This document shows, in pieces, positions 60,594-64,000 of a stretch of DNA of 64,000 nucleotides; the stretch's first letter is position 1; each line of letters opens with the position of its first letter. The notes under the pieces are model-generated. The model saw nothing but the letters and a program-made list of their open reading frames with translations. It was not told the origin of the DNA and did not search any database. Position numbers and translations under genes: made by a program. This stretch comes from Candidatus Eiseniibacteriota bacterium (lineage in GTDB: Bacteria; Eisenbacteria; RBG-16-71-46): positions 128,001 to 192,000 of the forward strand of contig CAVSAC010000014.1 in NCBI GenBank assembly GCA_963725865.1. Direction: 5' to 3'.

Positions 60594-61427
60594 TCAGTGC
60601 GCGGCGCGACTCACGGTCACGTCGCCGTTGACGGTCGACAGCCGCAGCGTGCCTCCGCCCCCGCCGATCGAGCCGCTCATCGAATGCTGGCCGAGCGTGC
60701 CCTGGACGGTGACCGGGAAGTCGCTGTCGATGGAGCCGTTCATGGTGTGGGCGTCGAGGGTCGCATGCAGATCGGCCGGCAGCTCGACCTTCACGGCGCC
60801 GTTGACGCTCTTGAACTGCAGCACGCCCTCCCACCGCGCGCTCCCGACCCGCGCGGTCACGGAGCCGTTGACGCTCGACGCCTCGGCGTCGCCCCGGGTC
60901 GAGAGCTCGACCGAGCCGTTCACCGACTCCGCCTCGACGCGGCTGTCGAGATCGAGCACCTCGACGTCGCCGTTCACGGTGCTCGCCACCAACTTCACTC
61001 CCGCCGGCACCTTCACCGTGAAGTCCACCACCACGTCGTCCCGGTCGTCATCGGAGTCGTGGTGGGTGTGGCGATGACCGCAGGACGTCATCCCGGGGTA
61101 CATGGCGCACACCGACACTCCGTCGGGTCCGGGGGTGACTTCGATGCGTACCGACGCCGGGTCGCCGCGCCGGGCGGTCTTGACCGCCCGCAGCTCGACC
61201 TGGCCGCCGCTCGCGCGCTCGGCGTGGATGCCGCCGTTGATGCCCGTGATCTCGAGCGTCTTGCCGCGCTCGATCGTGCCCGACCACGTGAAGTCCTCGC
61301 TCGCGCCGCCGCGCGCGCCCGCCGACTTCGCGGCCGCCTGCCCCGCGCCGGCCGCGATCGTGGCCGCGATCAGGACCACCCCCAGCCACCGGCTCCACGT
61401 CCGCGACTGCATTCGTTCGATGCGCAT
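60594..61427 (-). CDS. DUF4097 beta-strand-repeat (adhesin-like) secreted protein
   Basis: Signal peptide; repeated STVNG/SVNG/TMNG. Confidence 0.88.
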   Translation of the reverse strand: MRIERMQSRTWSRWLGVVLIAATIAAGAGQAAAKSAGARGGASEDFTWSGTIERGKTLEITGINGGIHAERASGGQVELRAVKTARRGDPASVRIEVTPGPDGVSVCAMYPGMTSCGHRHTHHDSDDDRDDVVVDFTVKVPAGVKLVASTVNGDVEVLDLDSRVEAESVNGSVELSTRGDAEASSVNGSVTARVGSARWEGVLQFKSVNGAVKVELPADLHATLDAHTMNGSIDSDFPVTVQGTLGQHSMSGSIGGGGGTLRLSTVNGDVTVSRAAH

Positions 61428-61428
61428 C

Positions 61429-62358
61429 TCACTCCTCCTCGTTCGAGTCGCCCGACTTCGGGTGGGGACGTGGATTCGGTGCCGACTTGGGCGTGGGGCT
61501 CCGTGGCGTCGCGCCTTGCCGGCACAACTCCACGCTGCCTTGGAAGGACTCCAGCTCGAGCTCGGCGCGGCCACTGCCGAGGGTGAATTCGAGGTGCTTG
61601 CGCCCCGCGCTCGAGTGCACCGCGACCGGGAAATCGGTGTGGAACTCGCCGTTCACGGTCGACGCGCTGACGCTGACGTTCGACCCTTCCGGGATGCAGA
61701 CGCGCACGGTGCCGTTGTGGGTCGAGAAGTGGTACTGACCGTCGTCCGCCAGCGCGCCCTCGAACCGCACGTCGCCGTTCACGGTGCTCACGTCCAGCTC
61801 GCCCGATCGCACGTTCTCGAGGCTCACCTCGCCGTTCACGGTCTCGGCCGAGATCCGGCCCACGACGTCGCTGATCACCACCGACTCGTTCACCGAGCTC
61901 AGCTCGAGCTCGGCGCGGGCGCCCTGGACCTGGACCTTTCCCTGCACCGAGCTGGCGGTGATGTGGTCGCGGCCGCCGCGCACGAGCACCTCGCCCTGCA
62001 CGGTCTCCGCTTCGATGCGCGCCTCGACGCCGTCGACGTCGATGTCGGTGTCGACTCCCGACACCTTGAGCGCCATCGTCGCCGGCATCGTGATGGAGTA
62101 CTCCACCTCGCCCGGCGGGCCCATGCGGCCTTCGGAGCTGATCGACAGCACCTCGGCCGCGCGCTCGATCCCGACCGAGGTGTGGCGTCCGTGCGCCGCC
62201 TGGATGCGCACGGCGGGGCGCGACCACGCGGTGACGTGGACCGCGCCGTTGAAGTTCTCGAGCTCGAGCCGGCTTCCGGGGCGGACGGCGATCGTGGTGT
62301 CGAGCGTCGTTCCCAGACTGGTGGCGGAGAGCGCGGCGGCCAGCAGAAGGTGGGTCAT
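61429..62358 (-). CDS. DUF4097 beta-strand-repeat secreted protein
   Basis: Repeated ETVQG/ETVNG/STVNG/STHNG. Confidence 0.88.
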   Translation of the reverse strand: MTHLLLAAALSATSLGTTLDTTIAVRPGSRLELENFNGAVHVTAWSRPAVRIQAAHGRHTSVGIERAAEVLSISSEGRMGPPGEVEYSITMPATMALKVSGVDTDIDVDGVEARIEAETVQGEVLVRGGRDHITASSVQGKVQVQGARAELELSSVNESVVISDVVGRISAETVNGEVSLENVRSGELDVSTVNGDVRFEGALADDGQYHFSTHNGTVRVCIPEGSNVSVSASTVNGEFHTDFPVAVHSSAGRKHLEFTLGSGRAELELESFQGSVELCRQGATPRSPTPKSAPNPRPHPKSGDSNEEE

Positions 62359-63041
62359 GAGCGGGATTCTCCTCGGGTGCGGAAGCTGGCCGTGGTGGCG
62401 AGCCTCAGCAGGTCGACCTTGCGCCGCATCTGGCGGCGCAGGTGTTCGTTCAGGTAGGGATCGGACGGGTCGTTCGCGAGCGCCCGGCGCGCGTCGTCCA
62501 TCGCGCGGTCGATGATCGCGAGGTTCATCTCGACCACGCGCACGGTGGAGGAATCGAGCTCCGAGCGGCGCTGCTCGAACGCGCTCCGCAGCTCCGCGAC
62601 CGTCGCCTCGTAGCGCGCGTCCTCGGCGACCAGGGTCGCGGCGCCGCGGCGCGCGCCCACGGCGCTCGCGCCCGCACCCACGGAGATCGCGCGCGACGGC
62701 TGGGAGGTCCACCACCAGGCGGCGGTCGCGGTGACCGCCACCAGCGCCGCGGCGACCGCGAGCGCCCGCGGCAGGCTGAGCGAGATACGGCGGGAGCGTA
62801 GATCCGGGAGCGGGAGGACCACCCGGCGCGGCTGGAGCCGCGCCGCGATGCCGGGCCACAGATCGCTCGCCGGCGCGCGGTCGGGCAGGCGGCGCGCCTG
62901 TTCGACCATCGCGCGCAACGCCACCAGCGCGTCGCGGCACGCGGCGCAGCCGGCGAGATGGGTCTCGAGTGCGGCGGTCTCGTCCGGGCCCAGATCCCCG
63001 TCGAGATACTCGGACAGTCGTGCGCTCCAGTGCTCGGTCAT
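62355..63041 (-). CDS. Anti-sigma factor (zf-HC2 + TM)
   Basis: LSEYLDGDL...HLAGCAAC, DLWPGI, TM helix. Confidence 0.9.
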   Translation of the reverse strand: MTEHWSARLSEYLDGDLGPDETAALETHLAGCAACRDALVALRAMVEQARRLPDRAPASDLWPGIAARLQPRRVVLPLPDLRSRRISLSLPRALAVAAALVAVTATAAWWWTSQPSRAISVGAGASAVGARRGAATLVAEDARYEATVAELRSAFEQRRSELDSSTVRVVEMNLAIIDRAMDDARRALANDPSDPYLNEHLRRQMRRKVDLLRLATTASFRTRGESRS

Positions 63042-63054
63042 CGGCTCTCCTCGC

Positions 63055-63624
63055 TCATCCGTCCAGGTGCCGGCGCAGCAGCGCGCGCGCCCGGTGCAGC
63101 TGGGACTTGGTGGTGCCCACCGCCACCTCGAGCAGCACCGCGATCTCCTCGTGGCGGTAGCCCTCGACGTCGTGCAGCACGAACACCACCCGGGCTCCCT
63201 CCGGCAGCCGCTCGATCGCGGCGTCCAGGTCCATCGCCACATCGCCGGTCCGCGGCCGCGCCGGCAGCTCCTCCATCACGTCCGGGTCCGCGGCGAAGCG
63301 GTCCCGCAACGCGCCCAGCCGCGCCCGGCGATCCAGCACCACGTTGATCGCGAGCCGGTACAGCCAGGTCCCGAACGCCGACTCGCCGCGGAACGTCCCG
63401 AGCTTCTGCCACGCGCGGACGAACACGTCCTGCGTGGTCTCGTCCGCCTCCTCGGAGCCCACCATGCGCCGCACCAGGCTGTGGATCCGCGCCAGGTGAT
63501 CGCGATAGAGGCGCTCGAAGGCACGCCGGTCGCCGGCGGCCGCCCGGGCCACATCTCCCGCGGGGGCCGGCGACGCTTCCTGGGGTCCCGGAAGGGTCGT
63601 CACGGCGAGCCTGGCGATCTCCAT
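63055..63624 (-). CDS. ECF RNA polymerase sigma factor
   Basis: GDRRAFERLY, QDVFVRAW, LHDVEGYRHEEIA, GTTKSQLHRAR. Confidence 0.95.
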   Translation of the reverse strand: MEIARLAVTTLPGPQEASPAPAGDVARAAAGDRRAFERLYRDHLARIHSLVRRMVGSEEADETTQDVFVRAWQKLGTFRGESAFGTWLYRLAINVVLDRRARLGALRDRFAADPDVMEELPARPRTGDVAMDLDAAIERLPEGARVVFVLHDVEGYRHEEIAVLLEVAVGTTKSQLHRARALLRRHLDG

Positions 63625-63632
63625 GCACCCGG

Positions 63633-63661
63633 TTCGACCGGGGAACGGGCCGAAAGGTTGA
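63633..63661 (-). promoter_or_regulatory. Putative autoregulatory ECF promoter
   Basis: TCAACC-N17-GTCGAA, 8 nt before the sigma ATG. Confidence 0.55.
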
Positions 63662-63761
63662 AAGCCGAGCGGCGGAAGGCCGGCAGCATCCGCCGGCCCC
63701 GGCTGGGGCGCAACATCTTCCACGCGTGCGCGAGGGCGCGGGCGGACGCGCGAGGATGGCT

Positions 63762-63790
63762 GCAACCTCCCGGCGCTCGCGTCCGTCCAA
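63762..63790 (+). promoter_or_regulatory. Putative divergent ECF promoter
   Basis: GCAACC-N17-GTCCAA. Confidence 0.5.
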
Positions 63791-63875
63791 CCGAGTGACT
63801 GCAACCCGGAAGCACGACACCGCGTAGCGCAACTGTCCCGGGCGTCCACCTCCACCTCTTGAGGAGTCCGCCGTC

Positions 63876-64000
63876 ATGAAGTCGCGCGCCGTCGTCCACG
63901 CCCACGATCCGGCCGATCTCGCACGCCGGGTACTGCTCGCCCTGCTGTGGCTCGGCACCTTCGCGCTCGCGGTCGCCGCCCTGATCGGCATGGTCCCGAG
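63876..64000 (+). CDS. Membrane or secreted protein, partial (5' end only)
   Basis: GAGGAG RBS; MKSRAVV...LLALLWLGTFALAVAALIG. Confidence 0.65.
   Translation, partial: MKSRAVVHAHDPADLARRVLLALLWLGTFALAVAALIGMVP

Overview
This is a very GC-rich (roughly 70-75% by eye) bacterial chromosomal window with almost all genes on the minus strand. The gene content includes a PorV-family protein, several secreted proteins ending in FlgD-Ig/T9SS-type C-terminal domains, and carboxypeptidase-regulatory-domain TonB receptors. This suggests an FCB-related lineage such as Candidatus Eisenbacteria (inference). Many single-base frameshifts in essential genes (carA, carB, pyrC, glyQ) look like long-read errors. 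Contents in order: an ECF sigma/anti-sigma pair; the pyr operon (pyrB-pyrC-carA-carB-TPR lipoprotein-pyrK-pyrD-pyrF) with a PyrR-type RNA site; pyrR; a TonB receptor / CTD protein / PorV / beta-propeller cassette; recO-glyQ-glyS; phoH-HDIG-ybeY; a leucine-catabolism-like carboxylase set interleaved with GT-C glycosyltransferases; and an ECF-DUF4097-wHTH-uppS-creD envelope module. The best leads are: (1) a candidate secreted YHS-type selenoprotein (in-frame TGA at 50351 followed by a SECIS-like hairpin); (2) an unassigned structured leader with a terminator before phoH; (3) a tandem-duplicated leader motif before the TonB receptor; (4) a D(S/T)-rich putative O-glycosylation tail; (5) a repeated palindromic operator defining a wHTH/uppS/creD regulon. 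No CRISPR array, rRNA, tRNA or mobile element was seen.
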